Counted from the first letter of the stretch, positions 27,801-38,672 are shown. The stretch: DNA of 64,000 nt from Gammaproteobacteria bacterium (GCA_029881795.1 JAOULX010000015.1:1810-65809); one strand, 5' to 3'. Notes: generated from the letters alone by a model not told the origin. Numbers and translations: made by a program.

Positions 27801-29660
27801 CTATTTCGTCAACTTATCGAGTATCGCTGACCATTGCGTATAAAACAGAAAATGTCCCTGTTCTTCAAGAAGATTATAACGGCTGTCCTTTAACTCATTA
27901 TCCAGTCTCTGCGACAGCACCAGTGGAACATGACAGTCCTTGCCCCCATGCCAGATATCTATCGGTACCTTTATCTCCGCTGGTTTAAACTGCCAGTCAT
28001 GCATCAGCTGTATTATTTCCATCGCAGTCGCCTTCCCGCCCTGACAAAAACCTTCCAGTAATGAGCTGAACATTTCCTTTTTAAACTGCTCCGATGCCAT
28101 TACTTGCTGATCCGCTTCGCCCAGTTTCTTGCTTAATTGTGAAAAAAAAGTGGCAGGGTCTTCGATAATTCCTTTTACCAGTACATTAGATAACAGCTTG
28201 TATATTTTCGGCAGATGTTTTGCCAGCCGTATATTCATTTTGTATAGCGGTATCATAGGTTTAAAGTCTTCAGACGAGACCGCCGGCATACCGCAACTGA
28301 TCAAGGCGATGCGTTTGATGCGTTCAGGGAATTCATGCGCACAAGCCAGAGCATACTGCCCGCCCATGGCATATCCGCTCAGCAAAAACTGCTCCAGCTT
28401 CAATTCATCCGCTAGTTGCAACAGATCTCTCGCCCAGTTAATAAAACTCATATCAGGATCAGGATCAGAGGCGCCAAAGCCCGGTCTGTCTGCAACAATC
28501 AGGCGCACATTTTTCTGCCGACAGATTTCATCCGCATCCAATGCCAGCTCATGACGTGAGCCCAGCACACTGTGGCAATGTATCAGCACTTCACCATTCG
28601 CAACGCCGTATTGCTGATAAGCCAGGTTTCTGCCATCTTTTAGCATCAGCACCTGATATTCTTTGTTCCAGGCTCTGGCTTTAGTTAACAGGTTTTTCCT
28701 GCTTCCCGGTTGCTGCACAGGAACAGAGTTAATGAAGCTACCCATACCGTTATACACCAGACTTACCAGTTCGGCCTGGCGTGAGGTCTGGGTTTTTTTC
28801 ATCACCGATTTGACATGTGAACGTACGGTATGCTGCGACACCGACGCTTCCTCAGAGATCTCTTTAACGCTTAATCCCCGTACCAGCTGAGAAGTGACCG
28901 CTAATTCTTTTTCGGTTAATCCATACAACTCCGACAATTCTCCGGGTAAAGACAGCGGCTGCGATTTTCTATGTGCGATAAATATTGCAACCGACGCCTT
29001 ACCTTCGTTGCCGTGATTTTTAACCGGCGCCAGAAACAGCATCAGACTGTTCTGCGTCTCTTCATGATTCATCACCAGAGCCTGACCTCGTGATGTAGCA
29101 GGGTCATGTTTTGCCATCTGCCGCACCGCTTTCAAAAGCTTTTCCTGATTGTATGAGCTTGCCCTCAGGCAACCCGATTGCTGCGACAACCCTTCACCTT
29201 GTTTCAGTAATTCATCCGCTAACGCATTGCTCTCTATCAGCCTGCTGTTTTTATCAACCAGCACCAGTGCAATCGGCAGCCGATCGAGCACCGAAAACAC
29301 CACTTCATGTTGCTCATCAATATCAATCAGTCGCTTGGCTATCTTTAAAGCACGGGCAAAGTGCTCAATCAGCACGTCATTAACCTCACCCAGTTCAGAA
29401 GGACTCTGCTGTTCGGGGTCGTTAGTGTTGAAAGCCGTGATTGATTTAAGTGTTTCTGAGATGCTAGCGGCCGGTTTTTTATTCCCCGTATCAGCCATAT
29501 CCGGGATCACCGACAAGATATGGTGACCCGTGACCTCTGTTTGATTATCAACATGATCAACATACTCAGCGAACGCATTCAATAAGTCAGTCCATTTTGC
29601 TGGTTCAATGGCGGCATCATAAATCAATCCGATCAGCTCATTAATTATGGTGTTTTTCAT
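27801..29660 (-). CDS. LuxR-type HTH regulator fused to a PAS-like region and a C-terminal alpha/beta-hydrolase fold
   Basis: YGLTEKELAV...VSQHTVRSHVKSVMKKTQTSRQAELV HTH; DRPGFGASD, WHGGKD, GHFL hydrolase motifs; nucleophile elbow reads GYAMG. Confidence 0.88.
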   Translation of the reverse strand: MKNTIINELIGLIYDAAIEPAKWTDLLNAFAEYVDHVDNQTEVTGHHILSVIPDMADTGNKKPAASISETLKSITAFNTNDPEQQSPSELGEVNDVLIEHFARALKIAKRLIDIDEQHEVVFSVLDRLPIALVLVDKNSRLIESNALADELLKQGEGLSQQSGCLRASSYNQEKLLKAVRQMAKHDPATSRGQALVMNHEETQNSLMLFLAPVKNHGNEGKASVAIFIAHRKSQPLSLPGELSELYGLTEKELAVTSQLVRGLSVKEISEEASVSQHTVRSHVKSVMKKTQTSRQAELVSLVYNGMGSFINSVPVQQPGSRKNLLTKARAWNKEYQVLMLKDGRNLAYQQYGVANGEVLIHCHSVLGSRHELALDADEICRQKNVRLIVADRPGFGASDPDPDMSFINWARDLLQLADELKLEQFLLSGYAMGGQYALACAHEFPERIKRIALISCGMPAVSSEDFKPMIPLYKMNIRLAKHLPKIYKLLSNVLVKGIIEDPATFFSQLSKKLGEADQQVMASEQFKKEMFSSLLEGFCQGGKATAMEIIQLMHDWQFKPAEIKVPIDIWHGGKDCHVPLVLSQRLDNELKDSRYNLLEEQGHFLFYTQWSAILDKLTK

Positions 29661-29731
29661 AGCCTTATTATTCTTATTTTTTAATTTTCAAACAACCGCT
29701 GCTGATTATTTCACAGCGCTCAGCAGACATC

Positions 29732-29745
29732 TTGCTCCAGATCAA
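29732..29745. promoter_or_regulatory. Possible FNR/CRP-family site upstream of the LuxR-hydrolase gene
   Basis: Minus strand TTGAT-CTGG-AGCAA (one mismatch) with AATAAT about 22 nt downstream. Confidence 0.3.
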
Positions 29746-29786
29746 GCCATACTGTGTTTTGGTTTAGATCGAAGGCAGCCGGGTCG

Positions 29787-31076
29787 CTAGAACAGATGAC
29801 GCGAGTTTATTAAAACATTTGAATCGCCGGTATCGATAGCATAACCAATATCCATCCGCAGGTTTACATTAACAAATGCCGCCAGCTTCCAACGAAATGC
29901 GACACCTATCGCCGGGTGTAAATGCGCCAGTTCAATCTCATCGAAACTGTCGTAAGTATTCCCCAGATCAAATAGCATACCGTAACGATATGACGGATTA
30001 TTAGTAAACGGCTTTAAATATTCCAGGTTCATCAGCACGCGTACATTGCCGGAATAGTAATTCTTTATATAACCACGAAGCTCACTGCCCCCCAGATAAA
30101 ACTCAGTATCCCCCAGATACTCTCCTTCACTGACTCCCAGCTCAACACGTGCATTCAGGTTATTCAATGGCGACGATTTAAGCCGGTAATAGCCCTTATA
30201 AAATAACAAATGCTTAGTATGGTTCTGCTCTGCATCAAACAATAAGCGGGTTGTATCGATCGTATAACCAAAATCTTTTCCGCGACGATTAAAAAGATAT
30301 TCATCAACTTTTTTATAGCCAACTCGCAGGCCCCAAAACTTGCCCTGATAATCCGGCTCTGACACATCACCAGCCACCAGCGCTTCATTATTTCGCTCTT
30401 CGTGATACAGACCGGCCCCCATATACCAGCCACTACTGCGATTTTTCAGGTGTCGCCAGCGCAACACATCAAAACCATATTTTTTTTCTTTTCTGGCCTG
30501 CGCATCTACATTGGCTTCGACGATTGCGGCTTCGCGCAGGTGTCCAAACACGGTAAAATTAAAAGCTGAACCGTAGAGCCGCGGGATCTCATACGTCAGC
30601 TCATGGCGGATATCATCCACCCCAAGAATACCGCCAAACTCTCGGGTTTTTAAATGCAGACGCTGATTGCTGCCAAATATATTATCCCAGTAACCCAGTA
30701 TCCCCAGCCTGAATGCTTTATCTGCCTCGTCAAAACGTATTTCAGGGATGACCACCATGTAATACTTTTCCCTGACTACAACGATCAACTTAACGTGTCC
30801 CTGCACATTATCATCTGCCGCATACAGGTAATAATCCACATCACGAAATATACCCAGATTCATAATGGCTTGCAGATCATCTTTCAGCAACGCCATATCA
30901 AGCTCATTACCGATTTTGGTTTGCATTTCCTGCTTTAGAATATAGTCACGCGTTTTTTCATTACCCACAAATTCAATCTGTGTAACAATCGAGGCCAGTA
31001 ACTGTCCGCAAAACATCATCAAGATGACAAATACAGCACACAGCAGCCTGTGTTTTATTGCTGTCACCGAACCCAT
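29787..31076 (-). CDS. Omp85/BamA-TamA family outer-membrane protein (one POTRA plus barrel)
   Basis: Signal peptide; IEFVGNEKTRDYIL...LGIFRDV POTRA; LGGSELRGY; terminal Phe. Confidence 0.85.
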   Translation of the reverse strand: MGSVTAIKHRLLCAVFVILMMFCGQLLASIVTQIEFVGNEKTRDYILKQEMQTKIGNELDMALLKDDLQAIMNLGIFRDVDYYLYAADDNVQGHVKLIVVVREKYYMVVIPEIRFDEADKAFRLGILGYWDNIFGSNQRLHLKTREFGGILGVDDIRHELTYEIPRLYGSAFNFTVFGHLREAAIVEANVDAQARKEKKYGFDVLRWRHLKNRSSGWYMGAGLYHEERNNEALVAGDVSEPDYQGKFWGLRVGYKKVDEYLFNRRGKDFGYTIDTTRLLFDAEQNHTKHLLFYKGYYRLKSSPLNNLNARVELGVSEGEYLGDTEFYLGGSELRGYIKNYYSGNVRVLMNLEYLKPFTNNPSYRYGMLFDLGNTYDSFDEIELAHLHPAIGVAFRWKLAAFVNVNLRMDIGYAIDTGDSNVLINSRHLF

Positions 31077-31978
31077 TGACTTAATAACTTATCTCCCCAT
31101 TGATATATCACCAGTCCCATCAGTACAAAAAAAGTACCACAGGCCATAGGTATCGTGATCGTCTCGTGATTAAAAAGTAAACCCAGCATTAATGCGGTCA
31201 CCGGTGTAATCAGTGTTATCAACGCAACCGCAGAAGTGCTTAAGTTTTGCAATAAAAAATAATACAACATAAACCCCACAACCGAACCCATCGCCGCCAG
31301 ATAAACAATCGACAGCATTGCTTTAAGGCTGATCTGTTCCGGTACTGTTGCACCATTCGCCAACCAGGTGATCGTAAATAACGGTAGCGCCACCAGTAAA
31401 GCGCCGGCTGTTACGGTGACGGCGGACAGTCCGGGATTGATCGCCTTAACCATAACCGCACTGGCACTGTGCAACATCACCGCCAGCAGAATAATGATGA
31501 CTCCCTTTATACTCAGCAAAGCGGAAAAAACAGCTTGATAAAATATCACCATCAGACCAACAATACTCAGTAGCATCGCCAGCCATTGATAATGCCGGTG
31601 TTTTGTTTCATCGAGGAATTTTTCTGCCAGCAAACTGGTTATCAGTGGCGCCAGCCCAAACAACACCGCAATCAGACCCGAAGGAATATAAAGAGCCCCC
31701 CAGTAAACCAGTTGCATCGACGCGTAAATCGACACGGCTGCAGCCAGATAAACTTTAACTGCCTGACGACTAAGATCGAGGTTTTTATTAAGCACTGCCA
31801 GTGTCAGTAACGCCAGTACGGTTCCGATCAGCATCCGGCTGAGTACGGCAAATACAAAACCTGCCTGTTCTGAACTCCATTTTATCGCCAGCGGTGTAGT
31901 CGACCAGATCACCACAACGGCCAGATAACTGAAAATCACCCGGCTTAAGACCACTGCTTTAAATTCCGCTTTTATCAT
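31064..31978 (-). CDS. DMT/EamA family transporter
   Basis: IWSTTPLAIK, two EamA-like halves, about 10 TM segments. Confidence 0.9.
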   Translation of the reverse strand: MIKAEFKAVVLSRVIFSYLAVVVIWSTTPLAIKWSSEQAGFVFAVLSRMLIGTVLALLTLAVLNKNLDLSRQAVKVYLAAAVSIYASMQLVYWGALYIPSGLIAVLFGLAPLITSLLAEKFLDETKHRHYQWLAMLLSIVGLMVIFYQAVFSALLSIKGVIIILLAVMLHSASAVMVKAINPGLSAVTVTAGALLVALPLFTITWLANGATVPEQISLKAMLSIVYLAAMGSVVGFMLYYFLLQNLSTSAVALITLITPVTALMLGLLFNHETITIPMACGTFFVLMGLVIYQWGDKLLSQWVR

Positions 31979-32236
31979 AACCGAGCAGTAACCTAGCTAG
32001 CTGTCTTTGGGCCGGCTGTATTTTTAGAAACAATCGGCAGCTCAATTTTTTCTTTTGATCCTCGCAAAATAACGTTTTAAGGCATAAAAACAGCCTTTTT
32101 ATCCCCATAACCTTGTCAATTGTCTTCTAAAACGTCATTATTGATGATTAATAATAAAAAAGCATCATTATCTAAGCGGATTAACAACATCGTAGTCAGC
32201 TGATTTTGAAATAATAAAGATTGAAATAGGCCTTAA

Positions 32237-33238
32237 ATGAACATTAGCAAAGTCTGTATTTTGGGTGGTGCTGGTTTTGTCGGTAGCACTCTTGTTAGTA
32301 AATTAGCCCGTATAGGCATCCACACTCGCATTATCAGCCGTCACCCTGAACGCCATCGTAAACTGCTGGTACTGCCAAATGTTGAAATCGTTGAAGCCGA
32401 TATTAATGATTTTAATCGTCTGTCCTATTACCTGCATGATGTGGATGCGGTGATCAATCTGGTCGGCATTCTGAATGATAACTCACTGGATGGCGCAGGC
32501 TTTAGAAAAGCCCATATCGAATTACCCAAACTGCTGGTTCAGGCCTGCCAGAAAAACAAAGTCAAACGTTTATTGCAAATGAGCGTTTTGAATGCCGATG
32601 CCGGTACCTCACCCAGCCACTATTTACGCTCTAAAAGTGAAGGCGAAAATCACCTGCATATTTTCAGTGACAAAGGCATACAAATTACCACCTTCCGCCC
32701 ATCCATTATTTTTGGCCCCGGTGACAACTTTTTCAATCGTTTCAGCAGATTAATCAAAGTCACTCCACTGATCTGTCCGGTTCCCCGCGCACAGGCCCGC
32801 TTTGCGCCGGTCTATGTCGGTGATGTGGCTGACTCAATGATCGAACATTTATTTAAATCTGACAGTAACGGGCTACGTGTTGACCTCTGTGGCCCGCATA
32901 GCTACAGCATGATGGAGCTGATGCAATACACGGCCGCACTGTCAGGCGTCAAACGTAAATTCATCGCACTGCCCGATCGGCTGTCACTGGCTATGGCACA
33001 TATGTCTGACTTTGCCAACAGCATTCCGATTGTCACACCAACGATGAACTGGCTGATCCCCGGCTTTGAAGAGGCACGTTTCTCGGTGGATAATTTTCGC
33101 TCTTTACTGGTAGACAGTGTCTGTAACCAATCTGCGCCCCAAAAGACCTCGATTGAAGACATCGTTCCGCACTATATCCAAGCAAAACCCAATCACAGCC
33201 GCTTTGATAGTCTGAGACAAACCATCCGACGGGATTAA
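32237..33238 (+). CDS. NAD(P)-binding protein, complex I NDUFA9-like atypical SDR
   Basis: GGAGFVG, VINLVGIL, SHYLRSK, RPSIIFG, PVYVGDVA. Confidence 0.88.
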   Translation: MNISKVCILGGAGFVGSTLVSKLARIGIHTRIISRHPERHRKLLVLPNVEIVEADINDFNRLSYYLHDVDAVINLVGILNDNSLDGAGFRKAHIELPKLLVQACQKNKVKRLLQMSVLNADAGTSPSHYLRSKSEGENHLHIFSDKGIQITTFRPSIIFGPGDNFFNRFSRLIKVTPLICPVPRAQARFAPVYVGDVADSMIEHLFKSDSNGLRVDLCGPHSYSMMELMQYTAALSGVKRKFIALPDRLSLAMAHMSDFANSIPIVTPTMNWLIPGFEEARFSVDNFRSLLVDSVCNQSAPQKTSIEDIVPHYIQAKPNHSRFDSLRQTIRRD

Positions 33239-33384
33239 ACTATGCCGCTCTGCTAAACCAGTGCGGCACTAAGCCGGCTTTTGGGTTATGTAAACTACTC
33301 AGAATAACCCTGCATGTTAATAGTTGAATTCCCTGTCTGGCTGAGCCAGTCTGCAATAATCACCAGTAAATACCGAGAAAAACC

Positions 33385-34851
33385 TTGAAGACGGACGTTA
33401 TTAAACAGACATTACTACCGGCTTTAATGGACATACTACCTGCCGAGTCCATCCTTTCAAAAGCGGAAGACCTGCACCCCTATGAATGCGATGGCCTCTC
33501 GGCCTACCGCCAGACTCCTTTACTGGTTGTTTTACCTGACAGTATTGATCAGGTTCAGCAAATTATGCGGCTCTGCCATCAGCACAAGGTAGCGGTGATT
33601 GCCCGAGGTGCCGGCACCGGATTGTCAGGTGGCGCTTTACCGCTTGCTGATGGCGTTTTACTGAGCCTAGCTAAATTTAAACAAATTCTGCAAATTGACC
33701 CGCTGGCGCGTACCGCCCGGGTTCAGCCAGGTGTTCGTAATCTGGCTATATCCGATGCCTGCAAACCGCATGGACTCTATTACGCACCTGACCCGTCCTC
33801 ACAAATTGCCTGCACCATTGGCGGTAATGTGGCGGAAAATTCCGGCGGTGTTCACTGTTTGAAATACGGCCTGACGGTACATAATATTTTAAAACTGGAG
33901 ATTATCACCGTCGATGGCGAACGGCTGACGGTTGGCAGCGAAGCACTCGACAGCCCGGGTTATGATTTACTGGCCTTGATGACCGGCTCCGAAGGCATGC
34001 TCGGCATTATTGTAGAAGTAACCGTCAAATTGCTGCCAATTCCTGAACAAGCCAAGGTGATCATGGCGTCATTTGATGATGTCTATAATGCCGGTAATGC
34101 CGTTGCCAATATTATATCTGCTGGCATCATTCCTGCCGGCCTCGAAATGATGGATAAGCTGGCAATTAAAGCGGCCGAAGACTTTATTCACGCCGATTAC
34201 CCGCTGGATGCCGAAGCGATCTTATTGTGTGAGCTGGACGGCAGCCGGCTTGAAGTTGATGAGCAAATACCTCATACCATCAGCCTGCTTCGCAGCAGCG
34301 GCGCCAGCGATATACAGCTTGCCAAAGACGAAGCGGAAAGAGAGAAATTCTGGCAGGGCCGTAAATCTGCTTTTCCTGCAGTGGGCAGAATGGCACCGGA
34401 TTATTATTGCATGGACGGCACCATCCCGCGCCGCGAACTGGCCAATATCCTGAAACGTATCGCCGATTTATCAGCCGACTATCAGCTGCCGGTAGCCAAT
34501 GTTTTCCATGCTGGCGACGGTAATATGCACCCGTTAATTCTTTACGATGCCAACATCGAAGGCGAGCTTGAACGCACCGAAGAGTTTGGCGCTAAAATAC
34601 TCGAAGCCTGTGTTGCTGCCGGTGGCACCATTACCGGTGAGCATGGTGTCGGCATGGAAAAAATTGATCAGATGTGTGTGCAGTTCCAGCCTGCTGAGCT
34701 GGCTCAGTTTCACGCCATTAAACATGCCTTCGACCCAGACACCTTACTCAACCCGGGCAAAGCCGTACCCACTTTACATCGCTGCGCTGAACTGGGTGCC
34801 ATGCATGTTCACAATGGTAAACTGCCGCACCCTGATTTACCCCGCTTCTAA
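33385..34851 (+). CDS. glcD: Glycolate oxidase/dehydrogenase FAD subunit GlcD
   Basis: YECDGLSAY, RGAGTGLSGG, PDPSSQIACTIGGN, FHAGDGNMHP, GEHGVG; start codon uncertain. Confidence 0.94.
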   Translation: MKTDVIKQTLLPALMDILPAESILSKAEDLHPYECDGLSAYRQTPLLVVLPDSIDQVQQIMRLCHQHKVAVIARGAGTGLSGGALPLADGVLLSLAKFKQILQIDPLARTARVQPGVRNLAISDACKPHGLYYAPDPSSQIACTIGGNVAENSGGVHCLKYGLTVHNILKLEIITVDGERLTVGSEALDSPGYDLLALMTGSEGMLGIIVEVTVKLLPIPEQAKVIMASFDDVYNAGNAVANIISAGIIPAGLEMMDKLAIKAAEDFIHADYPLDAEAILLCELDGSRLEVDEQIPHTISLLRSSGASDIQLAKDEAEREKFWQGRKSAFPAVGRMAPDYYCMDGTIPRRELANILKRIADLSADYQLPVANVFHAGDGNMHPLILYDANIEGELERTEEFGAKILEACVAAGGTITGEHGVGMEKIDQMCVQFQPAELAQFHAIKHAFDPDTLLNPGKAVPTLHRCAELGAMHVHNGKLPHPDLPRF

Positions 34852-34856
34852 AACCC

Positions 34857-35924
34857 ATGACCGATCATACAAAACATCTGCAACAACAAATTCTTGCGGC
34901 CTGCCGTGATAATAGCGCCTGCCGTATCGAAGGCGGTAATAGCAAAGCCTTTATCGGCAATGCTTCAAACGGCGAGTTAATCTCTACTGCCCAGCACAGC
35001 GGCATCATCAGTTATGATGCCAGCGAACTGGTTATCACCGCACGCAGTGGCACCCCATTGAGTGAGATTCAGCAAGCGCTGGCCGCCAATAACCAGCAAC
35101 TGGCCTTTGAGCCACCGGCTTTTTCAGAGCAGGCAACTATCGGCGGCAGCATCGCCTGCAATCTGTCCGGCCCGGCTCGCGCTTATCTTGGTGCAGCGCG
35201 TGATTTTGTACTCGGCTGCCGCCTGATTAACGGCAAGGGCGAGTTATTACAGTTTGGTGGTCAGGTCATGAAAAATGTTGCCGGCTATGATGCCTCACGC
35301 TTAATGGCGGGAGCTTACGGCACGCTGGGTGTATTATTGGAGATATCGTTAAAAGTGCTGCCCAAACCGCAGTCCCAGATCACCGTTAAAATTCCGCAAG
35401 TCGCCAACGATGCCATCCTGATCATTAACCAGTTAGCCGCTAAAAATCTGCCGATCACAGCCAGCTGTTATCTCGATCACCATTTGACTATACGGCTTAA
35501 CAGTAGCCAGCAAAATACCGTCGCCGCCAGTCAGTTTATCTGCAAACAAACCGGTGGCCGTGTCATTGAGGACGATAAAGGTTTCTGGCAGTCGATTCGC
35601 GAGCAGACTCATCAGTTCTTTGATAGCAGCACGCCTGTTGCCCGCCTCTCTGTACCGGCATGCAGTCAGCTCGATCTTGCCGGTGAACAATTAATCGAAT
35701 GGGGCGGCGCTTTACGCTGGCTGAAAACAGAGCAGGACATCGACAGTCTGCGCGATGAGATAAAGCCCATCGGCGGTCATGTTACCGCTTATAAAAACTT
35801 CAAGCCATCGGCTGAATATTTTCAGCCACTGGACAGCAGCAACAAATTATTACAGCAGCGGTTAAAACAGGCTTTTGATCCGGCTGCTATTTTAAACCCC
35901 GGCCGCCTGTACAAAGAGTTTTAA
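34857..35924 (+). CDS. glcE: Glycolate oxidase subunit GlcE
   Basis: FEPP, GGQVMKNVAGYD, EWGGALRW, FDPAAILNPGR. Confidence 0.94.
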   Translation: MTDHTKHLQQQILAACRDNSACRIEGGNSKAFIGNASNGELISTAQHSGIISYDASELVITARSGTPLSEIQQALAANNQQLAFEPPAFSEQATIGGSIACNLSGPARAYLGAARDFVLGCRLINGKGELLQFGGQVMKNVAGYDASRLMAGAYGTLGVLLEISLKVLPKPQSQITVKIPQVANDAILIINQLAAKNLPITASCYLDHHLTIRLNSSQQNTVAASQFICKQTGGRVIEDDKGFWQSIREQTHQFFDSSTPVARLSVPACSQLDLAGEQLIEWGGALRWLKTEQDIDSLRDEIKPIGGHVTAYKNFKPSAEYFQPLDSSNKLLQQRLKQAFDPAAILNPGRLYKEF

Positions 35925-35927
35925 CCT

Positions 35928-37136
35928 ATGCAAACCAGAATCAGCCCTGAATACAATAGCTCAGTGGCAGCACAGCGGGCCGAACAAATCTTACGCAGCT
36001 GCGTACACTGCGGTTTTTGTACCGCAACCTGCCCGACCTATCAGTTACTGGGTGATGAACTTGACTCACCGCGTGGCCGAATTTATCTGATCAAACAATT
36101 ACTGGAAGGTAACCCGGTCACACAAAGCACACAACAGCACCTTGACCGTTGCCTGCTTTGTCGTTCCTGTGAAACTACCTGCCCGTCGGGCGTTGAGTAT
36201 TCGCATTTACTCGAAATCGGCCGTTCACTGACAGCAAAAAAAGTTAAACGCCCGCTAACAGAACGCATCAAGCGTTATCTGCTGCGCATGCTATTGCCAT
36301 ACCCTGCCCGTTTCTCTACCGCACTCCGCGCCGGCCGTTTTTTTAAAAACGTATTGCCGAAAAAACTGAAACAGGCAATCCCTGATATAACGGGTAACAC
36401 ACAATGGTGTCACGAGCCACAATCACGAAAAATGCTGCTACTCAATGGCTGCGTGCAGCCTGCGTTAAGCCCGTCGATTAATGCCGCAACATCGCGAGTG
36501 CTGAATAAACTCGGCATAGAGCTGATCAATAAGCCGCTGGCCCGTTGTTGCGGCGCCGTTAATCAGCACCTCGACGACGAAGCCAAGGCACAGTTATTGA
36601 TCAAACAAAATATCGATCAATGGTATCCCCTGATTGAATCTTCCGAGGTTGAAGCCATTGTGATCACAGCCAGCGGCTGTGGTGCGATGATCAAAGACTA
36701 TGGCTATTTACTGCGCCACGACAGTGACTATGCAGCCAAAGCCAGCGCCATCAGTTTACACTGCAAAGACATCTCGGAAATTATTGCGGCCGAAGACCTG
36801 AGCCGCCTGCAGATTACAGCCGATCAGACGGTTGCTTTTCACTCACCCTGCACCTTACAGCACGCGCAAAAGCTCAATGGCCTGGTTGAAAGTATTCTGC
36901 AACAGGCCGGTTATCAGTTAAATACAATACGCGATGCACACCTGTGCTGTGGCTCGGCAGGCACCTATTCAATTTTGCAAGCTGAGATCAGTCAGCAATT
37001 AAAAACCAACAAGCTTAATGCGCTGCAGGAATATCCGGCAGACATTATTGCCACCGCCAACATTGGCTGCCTGCATCACCTCAGCAGCGGCACACAAACA
37101 GTGGTAAAACACTGGATAGAATTACTCGATCAATAA
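35928..37136 (+). CDS. glcF: Glycolate oxidase Fe-S subunit GlcF
   Basis: CVHCGFCTATCP, CLLCRSCETTCP, two CCG motifs. Confidence 0.95.
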   Translation: MQTRISPEYNSSVAAQRAEQILRSCVHCGFCTATCPTYQLLGDELDSPRGRIYLIKQLLEGNPVTQSTQQHLDRCLLCRSCETTCPSGVEYSHLLEIGRSLTAKKVKRPLTERIKRYLLRMLLPYPARFSTALRAGRFFKNVLPKKLKQAIPDITGNTQWCHEPQSRKMLLLNGCVQPALSPSINAATSRVLNKLGIELINKPLARCCGAVNQHLDDEAKAQLLIKQNIDQWYPLIESSEVEAIVITASGCGAMIKDYGYLLRHDSDYAAKASAISLHCKDISEIIAAEDLSRLQITADQTVAFHSPCTLQHAQKLNGLVESILQQAGYQLNTIRDAHLCCGSAGTYSILQAEISQQLKTNKLNALQEYPADIIATANIGCLHHLSSGTQTVVKHWIELLDQ

Positions 37137-37154
37137 TCACCTCAGGAATACACC

Positions 37155-37820
37155 ATGAATGTTACAGAAGCGTTGCTGCAAAGAAAATCAACACGGGCCT
37201 TTCTTGACAAAGCGGTCGACCGCTCGCTCATCGAAACGCTGTTAACTGAAGCCTCACATGCACCCTCGGGAACTAACACCCAGCCCTGGCAAGTAGCGGT
37301 TGTCAGTGGCAAGCAGAAGCAGGATTTACAAACCCTGCTTGAAGCCGCATTTCGTGATGGCAAGAAAGCCAATCCGGATTATCAGTATTACCCGTTAGAG
37401 TGGCAGTCGCCTTATAAAGACCGACGCCGTGAGTGCGGCCTGCAAATGTACAGTACGCTTGATATCAAACGTGACGATAAACAAAAACAGACCGATCAAT
37501 GGGCTAAAAACTTTCGCGCCTTTGATGCCCCGGTGATGTTATTGTTTTTTCTCGACCCGCTGATGCAAGCCGGATCTTATCTGGATTACGGTATGTTTTT
37601 ACAGTCACTGATGCTCAGTGCCGAGCAGCATGGTCTGGCTACCTGCCCGCAGGCTGCACTGGCCGATTATCCTGAGATCGTCAAACAACAACTGGCTTAC
37701 GATAACGACAGCGTCCTGCTCTGTGGCATGGCATTAGGCTACGAAGATAAATCGGCACTGGTAAACAGCTACCGTACAGGGCGCGAAGAAGTCAGCCAAT
37801 TCAGCCGTTTTTTTGACTGA
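37155..37820 (+). CDS. Nitroreductase family protein
   Basis: RKSTRAF, APSGTNTQPW, GLATCPQ, GMALGY. Confidence 0.9.
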   Translation: MNVTEALLQRKSTRAFLDKAVDRSLIETLLTEASHAPSGTNTQPWQVAVVSGKQKQDLQTLLEAAFRDGKKANPDYQYYPLEWQSPYKDRRRECGLQMYSTLDIKRDDKQKQTDQWAKNFRAFDAPVMLLFFLDPLMQAGSYLDYGMFLQSLMLSAEQHGLATCPQAALADYPEIVKQQLAYDNDSVLLCGMALGYEDKSALVNSYRTGREEVSQFSRFFD

Positions 37821-37895
37821 TCGCGGCTGACTTTTATTTTACGCGGACTTATTATCACCTATACTCTTTAAACGCCTGATCAAACGGATAACAAT

Positions 37896-38672
37896 ATGCT
37901 CATCGTAGTATCACCTGCAAAAAAGCTCGATTATGAGACGCCTGCAAAAACCACAACCAGCACCATGCCTGAATTTCTTGAAGACTCTCAGCTATTAATT
38001 GATCGTCTTCGCCAGTTTTCTGCTATCGACATCGCTGAGCTGATGCACCTGAGCATGAAACTGGCCGAACTTAATTTTGAGCGCTACGAAAGCTGGTCAT
38101 TACCACTGAGCAGCGACAATGCCAAACAAGCCATGTTTGCCTTTAAAGGCGATGTGTATAGCGGACTAGATGCAGACAGCTTTTCAGCAGCGGATATTAA
38201 ATTTGCGCAGAAACATTTTCGTATGCTGTCCGGTCTGTACGGACTACTGAGACCTCTTGACCTGATGTTTCCATACCGGCTTGAGATGGGAACCCGTCTC
38301 GATAATCCGCGCGGAAAAAATCTTTATGAATTCTGGGGCAACATCATTACCGATGCCATTAACACTCAGTTAAAAGCCAGCAAGTCGACGCACTTAATTA
38401 ACCTCGCCTCTAATGAATATTTTAAATCCGTTAAAACCAAAAACATTAACGCAGATATTATTACACCGGCTTTTAAAGAATATAAGAACGGTGAATATAA
38501 GATGATTGGTATTTATGCTAAAAAAGCACGCGGCATGCTCAGTCGTTATATTATTCAAAATCAGCTGACGGATGTGGAAGACATTAAAAACTTTGCAGAA
38601 GACGGTTACAAGTTTAATAAAAAAGCCAGCAGCGGTAATAACTGGGTATTTACCCGCAGACAAAATAAATAG
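37896..38672 (+). CDS. yaaA: Peroxide stress protein YaaA
   Basis: MLIVVSPAKKLD, FKGDVY, LSGLYGLLRPLD, YRLEMG, NLASNEY, AKKARG. Confidence 0.95.
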   Translation: MLIVVSPAKKLDYETPAKTTTSTMPEFLEDSQLLIDRLRQFSAIDIAELMHLSMKLAELNFERYESWSLPLSSDNAKQAMFAFKGDVYSGLDADSFSAADIKFAQKHFRMLSGLYGLLRPLDLMFPYRLEMGTRLDNPRGKNLYEFWGNIITDAINTQLKASKSTHLINLASNEYFKSVKTKNINADIITPAFKEYKNGEYKMIGIYAKKARGMLSRYIIQNQLTDVEDIKNFAEDGYKFNKKASSGNNWVFTRRQNK

